DNA of 64,000 bases from Endomicrobiales bacterium. Its GTDB lineage: Bacteria > Elusimicrobiota > Endomicrobiia > Endomicrobiales > JAFGIL01. A program made the translations under genes and the position numbers. Position 1 is the first letter of the stretch. Every line of letters begins with the position of its first letter. The DNA is taken from contig JAFGIL010000067.1 of the NCBI GenBank assembly GCA_016929635.1, positions 6,010 through 70,009 of the forward strand. Reading direction: 5' to 3'. The notes beneath the pieces were generated by a model. That model was not told the origin of the DNA and made no database searches. It saw only the letters and a list, made by a program, of their open reading frames with translations. Of this stretch, positions 9,190 through 18,228 are shown one piece after another.

Positions 9190-10779
9190 TCACTCTCCTG
9201 TCCCCTTATCGTTCCAATTTTTTATACACTCACATATATTTTTTAAATGACCTTCCAATTCTGTTTTTTTTAAAAAATTATCTGTTGTTAATGCGTCACA
9301 TGCTTTTTTGGCAAATTCAATTCTTCTATGATATATTTCTTTATTTTCTTCATATATTTCATCTGGCAAATAACACTCTATTGTTAATTTGTTTTTAACT
9401 TCCACTTTGTCATCTTTTTTCGTTTCAACTGTCAATGGTGTCATGTTATCAGTCATCCAGAAATAAGCCCCTCTTCTATTTGCTAATTTATTTTTAATTC
9501 TAGTCCTTATATCTATATTTTTATCACGATTTTTTTCATAGAATTTATCAGCATCAACCAAAAACACACAATTAGGATTTAAGTCTGGCAGATTAACTAT
9601 TTTCGTGGCTTCTTCTAAATCGCTCCAATCAAAATCCATATGATAAGCAAAATTAGGCCCGCCATACCACATAAATGCATAATTAATCCATTCTTGATAT
9701 TTGACATATTCATCTTCACCTTTTTTATAAAGTTCCAACCATTTACGTAAATAAATAATATCCGAAGGTCCTTCAACCCAAATAATTCCATTTGCCTGCA
9801 AAACATCACTAGCTCTAACCCCCAATTCCCCATAAAGAAACTTCTTTAATTCATCATATTTATTATTTTCAAGCTGAACAACAGTAGAAATTTTCTTATC
9901 TTTCTTTGTTAATAAGAAAACCTTTGAGTTATCCACTTCTTCTAGTAAATTCGCATCAATAAAAACAGAAGAATGGGTAGTTAGAACAAATTGATAACCT
10001 TCCTTAGTCAAATCTACCAAATAACTCAGAAATAATCTTTGCATTCTTGGATGCATATGATTTTCTGGTTCTTCAATTAAAAATGTTTTTATCTCAGTTT
10101 TCCATTCCGATTTACTACGGATTTCCATTATAAGATACACAAATTCCTGTATTCCATTACCATGCTCTAATACGATATATTTATCTAATAATAGATCTTG
10201 ACAATATACTGCTCGTCTTTCTCTTTCTTCTGGTGTTAGTTTAGATGGTTTTTTATCAATATTAAAACCTAAATATTTCTTAATATCATCTTTAATTATT
10301 TCCCAAGAATTATCTATTAAATCTGCATTATATATCGTGTTTCCGTTTTCTTCCTCTGCTTTATAAGAACCTAGTAAAGGGAGTAATCGTTTTGGTCCAA
10401 TTGAAAATATTTCTTTTAAGGGATGACTGTTTTCATTTATACTAGTTTTCAATATATTGTTATCGGGGGAGGACTTAATGCTGCCATTTTCAAAATACTT
10501 CATTTCGTATGTTATATAAAATTCCCATTTATAATTCGCACTTTCAGTGATAACATTCATAATAAAAGGGCTATGCTTATCTATTAAATCATTGATTGAA
10601 AAGCTTAATCCAAGATTGCCAATATCTCTATCCATACCTTTTCTGCATATCATCCTTAATGCATGAACGAAATTACTTTTACCGGAAGAGTTAGGTCCTA
10701 TCAAGACGTTTATTTTATCTAAGTTAAATTCTTTATTCTCAAAGGTTCTATAATTAACTATTTCTATTTTATTTATCAT
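9190..10779 (-). CDS. OLD-family ATP-dependent nuclease (ABC ATPase + TOPRIM)
   Basis: Walker A 'GPNSSGKS', Walker B/D-loop 'LIEEPENHMHP', H-loop 'TTHS', TOPRIM 'WVEGPSD' and 'VDAD'. Confidence 0.9.
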   Translation of the reverse strand: MINKIEIVNYRTFENKEFNLDKINVLIGPNSSGKSNFVHALRMICRKGMDRDIGNLGLSFSINDLIDKHSPFIMNVITESANYKWEFYITYEMKYFENGSIKSSPDNNILKTSINENSHPLKEIFSIGPKRLLPLLGSYKAEEENGNTIYNADLIDNSWEIIKDDIKKYLGFNIDKKPSKLTPEERERRAVYCQDLLLDKYIVLEHGNGIQEFVYLIMEIRSKSEWKTEIKTFLIEEPENHMHPRMQRLFLSYLVDLTKEGYQFVLTTHSSVFIDANLLEEVDNSKVFLLTKKDKKISTVVQLENNKYDELKKFLYGELGVRASDVLQANGIIWVEGPSDIIYLRKWLELYKKGEDEYVKYQEWINYAFMWYGGPNFAYHMDFDWSDLEEATKIVNLPDLNPNCVFLVDADKFYEKNRDKNIDIRTRIKNKLANRRGAYFWMTDNMTPLTVETKKDDKVEVKNKLTIECYLPDEIYEENKEIYHRRIEFAKKACDALTTDNFLKKTELEGHLKNICECIKNWNDKGTGE

Positions 10780-10914
10780 TTATTTCTCGATTCAATTATT
10801 TCTCATTTCTTGATTTAATGTATCAATAGTTGCAATTTATTCTAAAATGGTGAAAATCTACTATTTTTTACTATAGTTGCCTCATTTTGGATTTTCTGTT
10901 TAATTCTAACACAA

Positions 10915-11505
10915 CTATCTATCTATTGTTTTTATAAAACTATAAGGAATCCAGTATGCTTCTCCGATTTGATAATCATCTGGACCATCTTTTACCCTTA
11001 CCTTTCTTAATTTATACTTTTTATCTATTATAAGGACACTTGTACCCTTATATAACAGCATTGTTTTACCGTTTTTTATTAATTCTTCTACACCATAACT
11101 GTCAATAATATCTAATGCTTTTTCATATCTTTTGAAATCTTCTATTGTAATAGCTCCTACCACATCGTAACTTATTACTCCGCTCTTGCCAACCGAGGTT
11201 TTAAAATAATGTATACTATTCCATTTTTTGTATATATCTTTGTATAGTTCAGGGATACCTACTATAACAAGTAATATTGCCCCTATAAAGATTATTACTT
11301 TAAATATACTGCTTTCAAATAAAGGAGATAGCATGTTATTTACTTTATTTTCATAACTATTTAATTTCTTTATTACACCTGGGCCATATGTAACAAATAT
11401 AAATATTATCGATATAAAACATATAGCAATTAATATAGCTAAAAGACTTTCCAAATTAATAATGTTTACATTTAGTTCTTTAAAATAACTTAGAATTTTA
11501 TTCAT
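10915..11505 (-). CDS. Hypothetical membrane protein (2 TM + SH3-like C-terminus)
   Basis: Two hydrophobic helices; C-terminal 'GTSVLIIDKK..LRKVRV......GEAYWIP' beta-rich segment. Confidence 0.6.
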   Translation of the reverse strand: MNKILSYFKELNVNIINLESLLAILIAICFISIIFIFVTYGPGVIKKLNSYENKVNNMLSPLFESSIFKVIIFIGAILLVIVGIPELYKDIYKKWNSIHYFKTSVGKSGVISYDVVGAITIEDFKRYEKALDIIDSYGVEELIKNGKTMLLYKGTSVLIIDKKYKLRKVRVKDGPDDYQIGEAYWIPYSFIKTIDR

Positions 11506-11745
11506 ATTAATGCATCCTTCCTACTTTATCTCAGCTGCACCATTCTAACACAATTTACGTTTTTTATTAATCAATATAATCAGTAATATTAAAGAAAATA
11601 TTGATACATTTACACAAAAAGGTAAACCATGTTTTGCCATATCCACAGTTAGTTTATTCCAAAATTCGAAAAATGGGGACAGCTCACATTTATTCTATCA
11701 CACATTAAAAATATTTCAATGCAAGACCTGACCCTATCTATATTC

Positions 11746-12330
11746 TTATTGTTTAAATAATCTTGTTCTATTTTTTGTTAAAGGTATTGGTAATTCTTCT
11801 CGCATTTCCGCAATTACTTCCGCGGCCTTGTTTGTAAGCAATTCATAATACTTATGAAATTTTGAAGGATAATCTGTTTTTTTGATGTCTTCTGATATGA
11901 CTATATTCATTGCTTCATTATGCAATGTTTCAAGTTCTTTAAACTTATCATAAATAACTCTTGATTTAGCTCTTGAAAAATAAAGTGCAAAATCTAAATA
12001 TACCTTTGATGAATATTCATAATTCATATTTATTGAATTCTGCAAGTCTCTCTCCAAACTAAACTTTTGACCATCTGACAATTTATCTTTTATTCTTAAT
12101 TTGTGTAGTTGTTCTGCATTCCTCATTATACTTTGAGCATTTGCCACATACTTCACTAAAGAGTGGGCGATTTCTAATCTTTGATCAATGACTGCTTTTT
12201 TTTCAAGGTAATTATTCTGCAAATACCATATACCAAATGTTCCTAATAAGATAGATACAAAAGTTATGACTAATGGGTGTCTAAGTAAAGAATTATTAGT
12301 ATTTTGGTTCATTGTCCTATTGTCTTTCAT
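11746..12330 (-). CDS. Hypothetical protein, N-terminal TM anchor plus helical domain
   Basis: 194 aa; 'LVITFVSILLGTFGIWYL' TM. Confidence 0.6.
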   Translation of the reverse strand: MKDNRTMNQNTNNSLLRHPLVITFVSILLGTFGIWYLQNNYLEKKAVIDQRLEIAHSLVKYVANAQSIMRNAEQLHKLRIKDKLSDGQKFSLERDLQNSINMNYEYSSKVYLDFALYFSRAKSRVIYDKFKELETLHNEAMNIVISEDIKKTDYPSKFHKYYELLTNKAAEVIAEMREELPIPLTKNRTRLFKQ

Positions 12331-12497
12331 TTTTTTTCCTTATCAAATAATACAATTACCATTTTCAAACAAAAATCATATTTAATATTTCAATACTTTA
12401 TTGAACACAACAAGTCATATTGCATCTTAATTCATATAGACAATTTATAGATATTGTCGCAATATCGAATTACTTACCACAACCACTACTTTATTGG

Positions 12498-13487
12498 TTA
12501 TCTAACTTCCAATTCCAGTATTTGCTTATTGTGAGGATCGAAAAAATGTCCTCTTCTAATATCATTCTTTGTCTCTTGGCAATTCCTAGACAAACAAATA
12601 GAATAAGATAAATAATTCATTAATGATACTTGAGCGACAATAGATATACCATCTAAAGCCTTATTAACTGTTATTATATGCCCAGAACGTCGCATACCTG
12701 CTATAGGTTCATCACTTAAAATTGCTTTATCTTTTGGTATAACTAAGGGATAATTAGGTTTATTACCATAACGTATATAATTTCTTATTACGTCAAAATC
12801 TTTGCTCAAGCATATTGCTTTCCCTTTAAAATATATAAAATAATTAAATGCTATCTTTGCCATAACTTTAAATTTGTTTTCACCAATACATTCAGTAATT
12901 TCACAACTAATATCTGTCATTGTTGAATCAGGATCAATCATACCTTCTGTTTTAAAATACTTAAATCCTTTTTCAGCAAATTTCTTATTTATTTCTTCAA
13001 AATCAAATACACCAAATATTCTTGTACTCCCTTTCTTATCAGTTTGATATCCCCTTGCAACTAATTCTTCATTTGTTGGTATTTCACTCCAAAGAAAATA
13101 ATCAAATATATTGTCTTTATTTAAAAAACCAGCCTGTGGAAGAGGAATGGCTTCAATTCTTTGAAGTTGTTCTGAATATCTAGCTTCAATGTATACTCCT
13201 TTAAATGGTTCTTCATGTGCTTTTTCAATTAATCTCTTATTTTTGGTTAATGCCTTAAACTCTTCTTCTGATTTAATATTTTCTTTGAACCTTAATCGTC
13301 CTTCAATAGAATCACGTCCTAAAGATAATTCCAAATCTTTGGAGAAATACTCATTACATGCACTACATACTTCATTATGATTTAAAACAAAAGTATTACT
13401 ACCAAATGTACCAAATGATTGAGGAATAACATGTTCTCTATTGAAACTGTTTTTTTCCTTTAAACAATAAACACACTTTTCATTCAT
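12498..13487 (-). CDS. HNH endonuclease (zinc-knuckle HNH_5 type)
   Basis: 'CVYC.....REHVIPQSFG.....VCSACNEYFS'. Confidence 0.85.
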   Translation of the reverse strand: MNEKCVYCLKEKNSFNREHVIPQSFGTFGSNTFVLNHNEVCSACNEYFSKDLELSLGRDSIEGRLRFKENIKSEEEFKALTKNKRLIEKAHEEPFKGVYIEARYSEQLQRIEAIPLPQAGFLNKDNIFDYFLWSEIPTNEELVARGYQTDKKGSTRIFGVFDFEEINKKFAEKGFKYFKTEGMIDPDSTMTDISCEITECIGENKFKVMAKIAFNYFIYFKGKAICLSKDFDVIRNYIRYGNKPNYPLVIPKDKAILSDEPIAGMRRSGHIITVNKALDGISIVAQVSLMNYLSYSICLSRNCQETKNDIRRGHFFDPHNKQILELEVR

Positions 13488-13578
13488 TTTTGTTGTGTTA
13501 ATCTAATTGATTGTCTTAATATTCACGTCTTATTTTATCTTATTTCAATATTAACTTTCGTTTGTACATTTACACCCA

Positions 13579-13666
13579 GTTAAACCTTAATCTACCCCCC
13601 CCCTTAGGGGTCTTGTTTCAAAATTAAAACAAGGCCAAAGAATGCTTTTTACTTTTCAAGTTCCGA
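13579..13666. repeat. Degenerate direct repeat, copy B
   Basis: partner of 9006-9093. Confidence 0.8.
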
Positions 13667-13893
13667 TAATATCAATTATGGTGATTTATTGAGAAACTGA
13701 TTATCTATTGTATTTTCAATATGTTTTACCAAATTCCTTTCCTAACATGAAGTATAATTGATATTTTTTTGTCACTTTTTTATTCTTAGCACTCTCAATT
13801 TTGTCAGAATCTGCGTTTGTTTGTTCATTTTAAATTATTAAATCATTTTAAAGTTACTAATTTATAATATTAGAATTAATACTTATGATTTTC

Positions 13894-14625
13894 TTATTTC
13901 AAATCAATTTTTGGTATTTTTTCAATATCCTCCTTAATCTCTTTTATTATCTCACTTTTATCTTGGTTTGTGCTAATATTTGATGCTTTATTTTCATTAC
14001 TATTTTTCTCTTGACTATAAAAACAAAAATTATAATTGAATAATACACTAATTCCACCAAGTCCGACTTTACTCCAGTCGGAGTTTGTATTAACATTACT
14101 GTATTTTAATGTGAAACCAACACTTTCATTCGAAATTGATGTTAATAGCTGAATTCCAAAAAATGTCTCTTGCATAGTACTTTTATATCTATCAAAGTAT
14201 AATTGCCTATTCGCTGGCACAAATCCAATGCCACAACCATAATGTAGATATTTCCAAAAAGTATTTTTTTGCAATAAAGAAATCCATACTGGAATTATTA
14301 ACATGGTTTCCTTAATATCATATCTCCCTATATATACTGAATTGCTATATAGTGCAACATTGTTTTCTTTATATGTATCACGATATCTCTCAACTTCCAA
14401 TCTGATTCCTAATTCTTTTTTCCAAATAGTTGTATCAATTCCAAATAAAATATCAACACCATGATATTTCGAAACAACACTATCTACTAAAGAAAAGATG
14501 CCCATTTTTGGACTTATTACCATATAAGTGTCTTTATTACTTATATTACTTAGTTTAGTATTATCTGCATTTAGAGAGAAAAAAGGACATATCAGAATTA
14601 GAAAACATATTAAAATATTTTTCAT
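13894..14625 (-). CDS. Exported protein, probable small outer-membrane beta-barrel
   Basis: Signal peptide from 'MKNILICF..FSLNA' (start moved from 14667); alternating beta-strand pattern ending 'GGISVLFNYNF' plus a charged tail. Confidence 0.55.
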   Translation of the reverse strand: MKNILICFLILICPFFSLNADNTKLSNISNKDTYMVISPKMGIFSLVDSVVSKYHGVDILFGIDTTIWKKELGIRLEVERYRDTYKENNVALYSNSVYIGRYDIKETMLIIPVWISLLQKNTFWKYLHYGCGIGFVPANRQLYFDRYKSTMQETFFGIQLLTSISNESVGFTLKYSNVNTNSDWSKVGLGGISVLFNYNFCFYSQEKNSNENKASNISTNQDKSEIIKEIKEDIEKIPKIDLK

Positions 14626-14790
14626 AGTATTTTTTCCCAAATAATATAACCACACTGAACTAGTCAATGTGGCTATATTATATCCCCTCTATTGATGCTG
14701 ATATTCCCCTTATATGCATATTCATCCCGACTAAATTCTATATCTTTTTAAAAAACAAATCAAATAGTATATCTTCTCTAATTTTAAAAT

Positions 14791-14832
14791 AAAAAAGCCC
14801 GTAGAGTGCATGTCCATACCTTTACTGGGCTA
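14791..14832 (-). terminator. Probable terminator
   Basis: minus strand GCCCAGTA...TACGGGC followed by TTTTTT, just after stop 14847. Confidence 0.55.
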
Positions 14833-14846
14833 AGATTAGTACTTGA

Positions 14847-15416
14847 TTAATACTTCAATGAAATCATAAAGCCCGAGGTGTTGCTTGAATCAGCGTCATC
14901 CCCGGTCAATGTTATCAAAATACCCTGAAGACCAACACCCACATCTATCCTGCTTAATGAATATACCAGTCCAACGTTATAAGGAACGGTTATTCCGTCA
15001 GAATAGACTGAAGCAACGCTTTTTGCTTCCAGTTTCCATTTAGGCGAGAATTCATATCTTCCTGCTAATCCGACTCCCGGGGCTGTTGTAAATCCCGTTG
15101 AATCAGCTTCATATTCAAGCTTTGAAAACGTAACTCCAAGTATCAAATCGCTGCTGAATCCGTATTTCTCGTAGAATTTGTTTTGGGTATAAACCGAGCC
15201 GTAATAATTGCGCTCCGCTGTCCAGGTATCCTGAAAATTAAAAACAGAGATGTCCAATCCAAAATCAAAAAAATTGTCATTCTGCTTTAATAATGAAACA
15301 AATCCAGAATTGTAACCATTTCCAACAGATACCCCGCCATTCAACATAATTTGAGATGCAAAAATGTTTATATTTAAAGCCATCAGGAACAACATCGAAA
15401 AAAGCATTCTATACAT
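14847..15416 (-). CDS. Outer-membrane beta-barrel protein
   Basis: Start moved to 15416 (GGGGAG RBS; 'MYRMLF...IFA' signal peptide); amphipathic strands; terminal aromatic 'GFMISLKY'. Confidence 0.65.
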   Translation of the reverse strand: MYRMLFSMLFLMALNINIFASQIMLNGGVSVGNGYNSGFVSLLKQNDNFFDFGLDISVFNFQDTWTAERNYYGSVYTQNKFYEKYGFSSDLILGVTFSKLEYEADSTGFTTAPGVGLAGRYEFSPKWKLEAKSVASVYSDGITVPYNVGLVYSLSRIDVGVGLQGILITLTGDDADSSNTSGFMISLKY

Positions 15417-15436
15417 AGTGAATCTCCCCAAGGTTA

Positions 15437-16120
15437 TTAGTTTAAAAATCTGGTCGGCCTTGCTGTGATGGCAAATGTCCACCCTGTAAGGTTACTCGCA
15501 GTTGTAGTGCCAACAGGCATATCAAGCACTTTGATATCTAAAACTATATAAGTTTCTGAACCATTTTCTACATTAAAAGCATTAAGATATCCGTTAGCAG
15601 TTGAAAGTGTTATTGTTTCACTTGTCTCAACTATTTGAATAGTTTTGGAAATACTTTTTATTACCCCTACAGAGTTAGGCATTTTATTGAATGTTTTACT
15701 TGTCCCGTCACTAAATAAAAAAGTTACTTTCGGCTGAATGTGTATCCTGATACCCTCATACTGTCCCGCAGAAACATTTACAGGATCAGTGATGCGAATC
15801 GGAGTTGGGTCTGTAGTAATAGTAATTTCCTGCAAAGTATTTAAAACAGTTTCCCACTCCTCTCCGGTTTTTGAAATTGCAATTTCATCAATAAATACTG
15901 TTACCGACTCTATTCTCCCGCTCTGATAACTATCTAAAGTTTTTCTGCTGATGGCTGAACTGCTCCCAGGCTGTTCACCGCTATAAAATGAAATAGCGCC
16001 ATAGTTTGTTCCCAGCGGGTCAGCCGGGCTGGAAGCCCTTTTTGAAGAAGTATAAGGATTTTTCTCACAGCTTGCGGCAAAAAACAACAATAAAACACCA
16101 AATAACGCAAATTTTTTCAT
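15437..16120 (-). CDS. Lipoprotein, DUF4382-like beta-sandwich
   Basis: Lipobox 'FAASC'; 'IESVTVFIDEIAIS...WETV', 'AGQYEGIRIHI', 'ETYIVLDI'. Confidence 0.65.
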   Translation of the reverse strand: MKKFALFGVLLLFFAASCEKNPYTSSKRASSPADPLGTNYGAISFYSGEQPGSSSAISRKTLDSYQSGRIESVTVFIDEIAISKTGEEWETVLNTLQEITITTDPTPIRITDPVNVSAGQYEGIRIHIQPKVTFLFSDGTSKTFNKMPNSVGVIKSISKTIQIVETSETITLSTANGYLNAFNVENGSETYIVLDIKVLDMPVGTTTASNLTGWTFAITARPTRFLN

Positions 16121-16130
16121 ATTTACCCCC

Positions 16131-17471
16131 TTATTTATTTTCTAGTACGATCAATCGCTGCTCTAAATCTTCTATTTTTGTTTGTTGTCCTTTTATGACC
16201 TCTAATAATATAACCGATAATTTACTGTATGCAATAGATTTATAGCCATCTCTATCTGTATAGACAAGTTCCGGGAATTGCTCCTCTAATTCCTGGGCAT
16301 TTAAACCGACCTGTTCTCTATCACAAAAACTCAAGTCTCTTTTTTCTACTTCTGCAAGTATTTTAGCTTCTTTTTCTGCCTTTACATCTTTCTCTAAGTT
16401 CAATTCCTTTAGTTTTTCTACTCTTGCCGAATATTCTATATCCTTAAGTTTATTTTTATTAAATTTATATTTTATCGCTGATAACTGCATTACCCTGCTC
16501 TTGATATCACCGGATAGATTCTCAACCTGCTCTTTCAGTCTTATATCTGAATCTTCGTAACATTGTATACATTGGATATAACCCTGAACATCAAAATGAA
16601 TTCCTGGATTTGTTTTATTAACACCTATATCTCCACTAGTAGCAAACCACATCCTTGTACCGCCGTTTACGTAAATATCAAGGGGGTATTCACCCAATGT
16701 ACCCATCTGAACTATATTGTCAGGATAACCTGCTGCCTGCATAAATCCTACCGCCTCATTGTCATCCTCTAACCTAATCGTAGGGCTGTTTGCACTGTAT
16801 ACGTGAAGTTCTGCACTCGGATTATCTGTGCCTATTCCTACTTTACCGTTCGGCTGTATCCTCATTCTTGAGGCGCTATTCAAATAAAAATCCAGGCCTT
16901 GATTGCCCAGCGTCCCTATCTGCAGTAAATTATCACTGGGACCTACTGCCTGCATAAATCCAATTACTTCATCATCATCTTGCACATATAATGAAGGATT
17001 GTTGCCGTACACATGCAATTTTGCAGATGCAGTAGTTGTTCCTATGGCAACATTTTCTAATACTGTAAGATCCTTCTTTACATTAAAATCCGACACACTC
17101 CCTAAAGCATAACCAGATGCCCCTATGGCCTGCTTTGGAGTCATCTCATTTTCGCTGTCTATTGCTATTCCCACTTCATATTCTGCATTAAAGTCCAACC
17201 CATCTAAATTAGCAGTGTCAGCTCCAAGTGTTACATTAAATAACCCATCATCTCCGATTGTAACTCCATGATTCTCTGTCTGACCCCACAACGCCTCACT
17301 ACTGCTTTTGTCATAAAGCATGAACTTCAATACATGATACCCTGTAACCGGATCACCCAAACTGTCAGTCAGTTTACCCTGCAGATTGATTTTCTTCTCG
17401 CCTGCATAAACTCTTGATACCATAAGTAATAGAAACATTACCGCTACTACCCTTACAATTTTTGTGTACAT
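16131..17471 (-). CDS. Exported fibre-like protein with C-terminal peptidase S74 intramolecular chaperone
   Basis: Start moved to 17471 (AAGGAGG RBS; signal peptide 'MYTKIVRV...VYA'); 'NLQGKLTD..G.P' N-domain; 'V(A/G)IGT..(A/P)SA.LHVY' repeats; 'SDIRLKE', 'GLNAQE', 'FPELV', coiled-coil tail. Confidence 0.88.
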   Translation of the reverse strand: MYTKIVRVVAVMFLLLMVSRVYAGEKKINLQGKLTDSLGDPVTGYHVLKFMLYDKSSSEALWGQTENHGVTIGDDGLFNVTLGADTANLDGLDFNAEYEVGIAIDSENEMTPKQAIGASGYALGSVSDFNVKKDLTVLENVAIGTTTASAKLHVYGNNPSLYVQDDDEVIGFMQAVGPSDNLLQIGTLGNQGLDFYLNSASRMRIQPNGKVGIGTDNPSAELHVYSANSPTIRLEDDNEAVGFMQAAGYPDNIVQMGTLGEYPLDIYVNGGTRMWFATSGDIGVNKTNPGIHFDVQGYIQCIQCYEDSDIRLKEQVENLSGDIKSRVMQLSAIKYKFNKNKLKDIEYSARVEKLKELNLEKDVKAEKEAKILAEVEKRDLSFCDREQVGLNAQELEEQFPELVYTDRDGYKSIAYSKLSVILLEVIKGQQTKIEDLEQRLIVLENK

Positions 17472-17565
17472 TTTCTGTACCTCCTTAAGATTATTTTGCA
17501 AAATCCATTCTAAATCCATTTCTAAGATAGTAAAGGATTAGCCTTCTAACTATCTTTATTTATAG

Positions 17566-18216
17566 CTATTTTATAATATTAGTATTTTTACTTTTTTCAA
17601 TTTTATACTTGATATCTGTGACAAAATGTTCATGAAATAATTTACCATTATCGTATTCCTGCTGTTTCACAATCCAATGATTAGGCGCAAAATAATATAT
17701 ATTTTCCTGCAATCCCCGAACATCCGCAGCATTAGCAATATATGAATCCTTTATTACAATACAGTCCTTAAATATTTTTGCCGGCGTTTCTACAGTTGCA
17801 GTTGTTCCCAACACTTCATATGTATGCTCATCATCCCTTAAAATGTGCTTCCACTTCTTACCCTTTTTTAATGGCAATTCAAGATATATCCATTTTTCTT
17901 TAGACCATCCAAGAATAAAGAATATTTCATCTTTATTTATAACAAGCTTTTCATCACTAGGTGAAATATCACCATAGACATGAACATTATAGTTATTGTC
18001 GTTATCTTTCTTAAACTCATAAATTTCATCTTTGAATGTTTCTGTTCCTTTATAATAAAGGACGAGTTCTTTGCCCATATCAAAAAATTGCTTCGTCATT
18101 TTTTTGTCTCCTGGGTCATTCACTTTTTTTTGTATGTTCTTAGCATCACATGCTGAAAAGCATAAACATAGAACTACTAATAAAAATATTGATTTGACAG
18201 TCATCGTTTTTCTCAT
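17566..18216 (-). CDS. Lipoprotein, candidate immunity protein
   Basis: Lipobox 'FSAC'; starts 12 bp after the RHS toxin stop with GGAGG RBS; 'TVETPAK.F.DCIVI...YYFAP...IVK' beta-sheet. Confidence 0.6.
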   Translation of the reverse strand: MRKTMTVKSIFLLVVLCLCFSACDAKNIQKKVNDPGDKKMTKQFFDMGKELVLYYKGTETFKDEIYEFKKDNDNNYNVHVYGDISPSDEKLVINKDEIFFILGWSKEKWIYLELPLKKGKKWKHILRDDEHTYEVLGTTATVETPAKIFKDCIVIKDSYIANAADVRGLQENIYYFAPNHWIVKQQEYDNGKLFHEHFVTDIKYKIEKSKNTNIIK

Positions 18217-18228
18217 ACTTATGCCTCC

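Noticed and set aside
9190-10779. Gabija system
   Set aside because: A GajA-like OLD protein is present but there is no adjacent UvrD-like GajB.
10903-11553. 12-bp direct repeat attctaacacaa (10903-10914, 11542-11553) flanking the 196-aa gene as integron attC or target duplication
   Set aside because: No RYYYAAC...GTTRRRY hairpin, and the integrase shows no IntI-type insertion. On the minus strand both read TGnTAGAAT, so extended -10 promoter elements are the simpler explanation.
13488-13893. Possible gene remnant in the AT-rich gap between the HNH and barrel genes
   Set aside because: Only very short interrupted frames; no recognisable homology to justify a pseudogene call.
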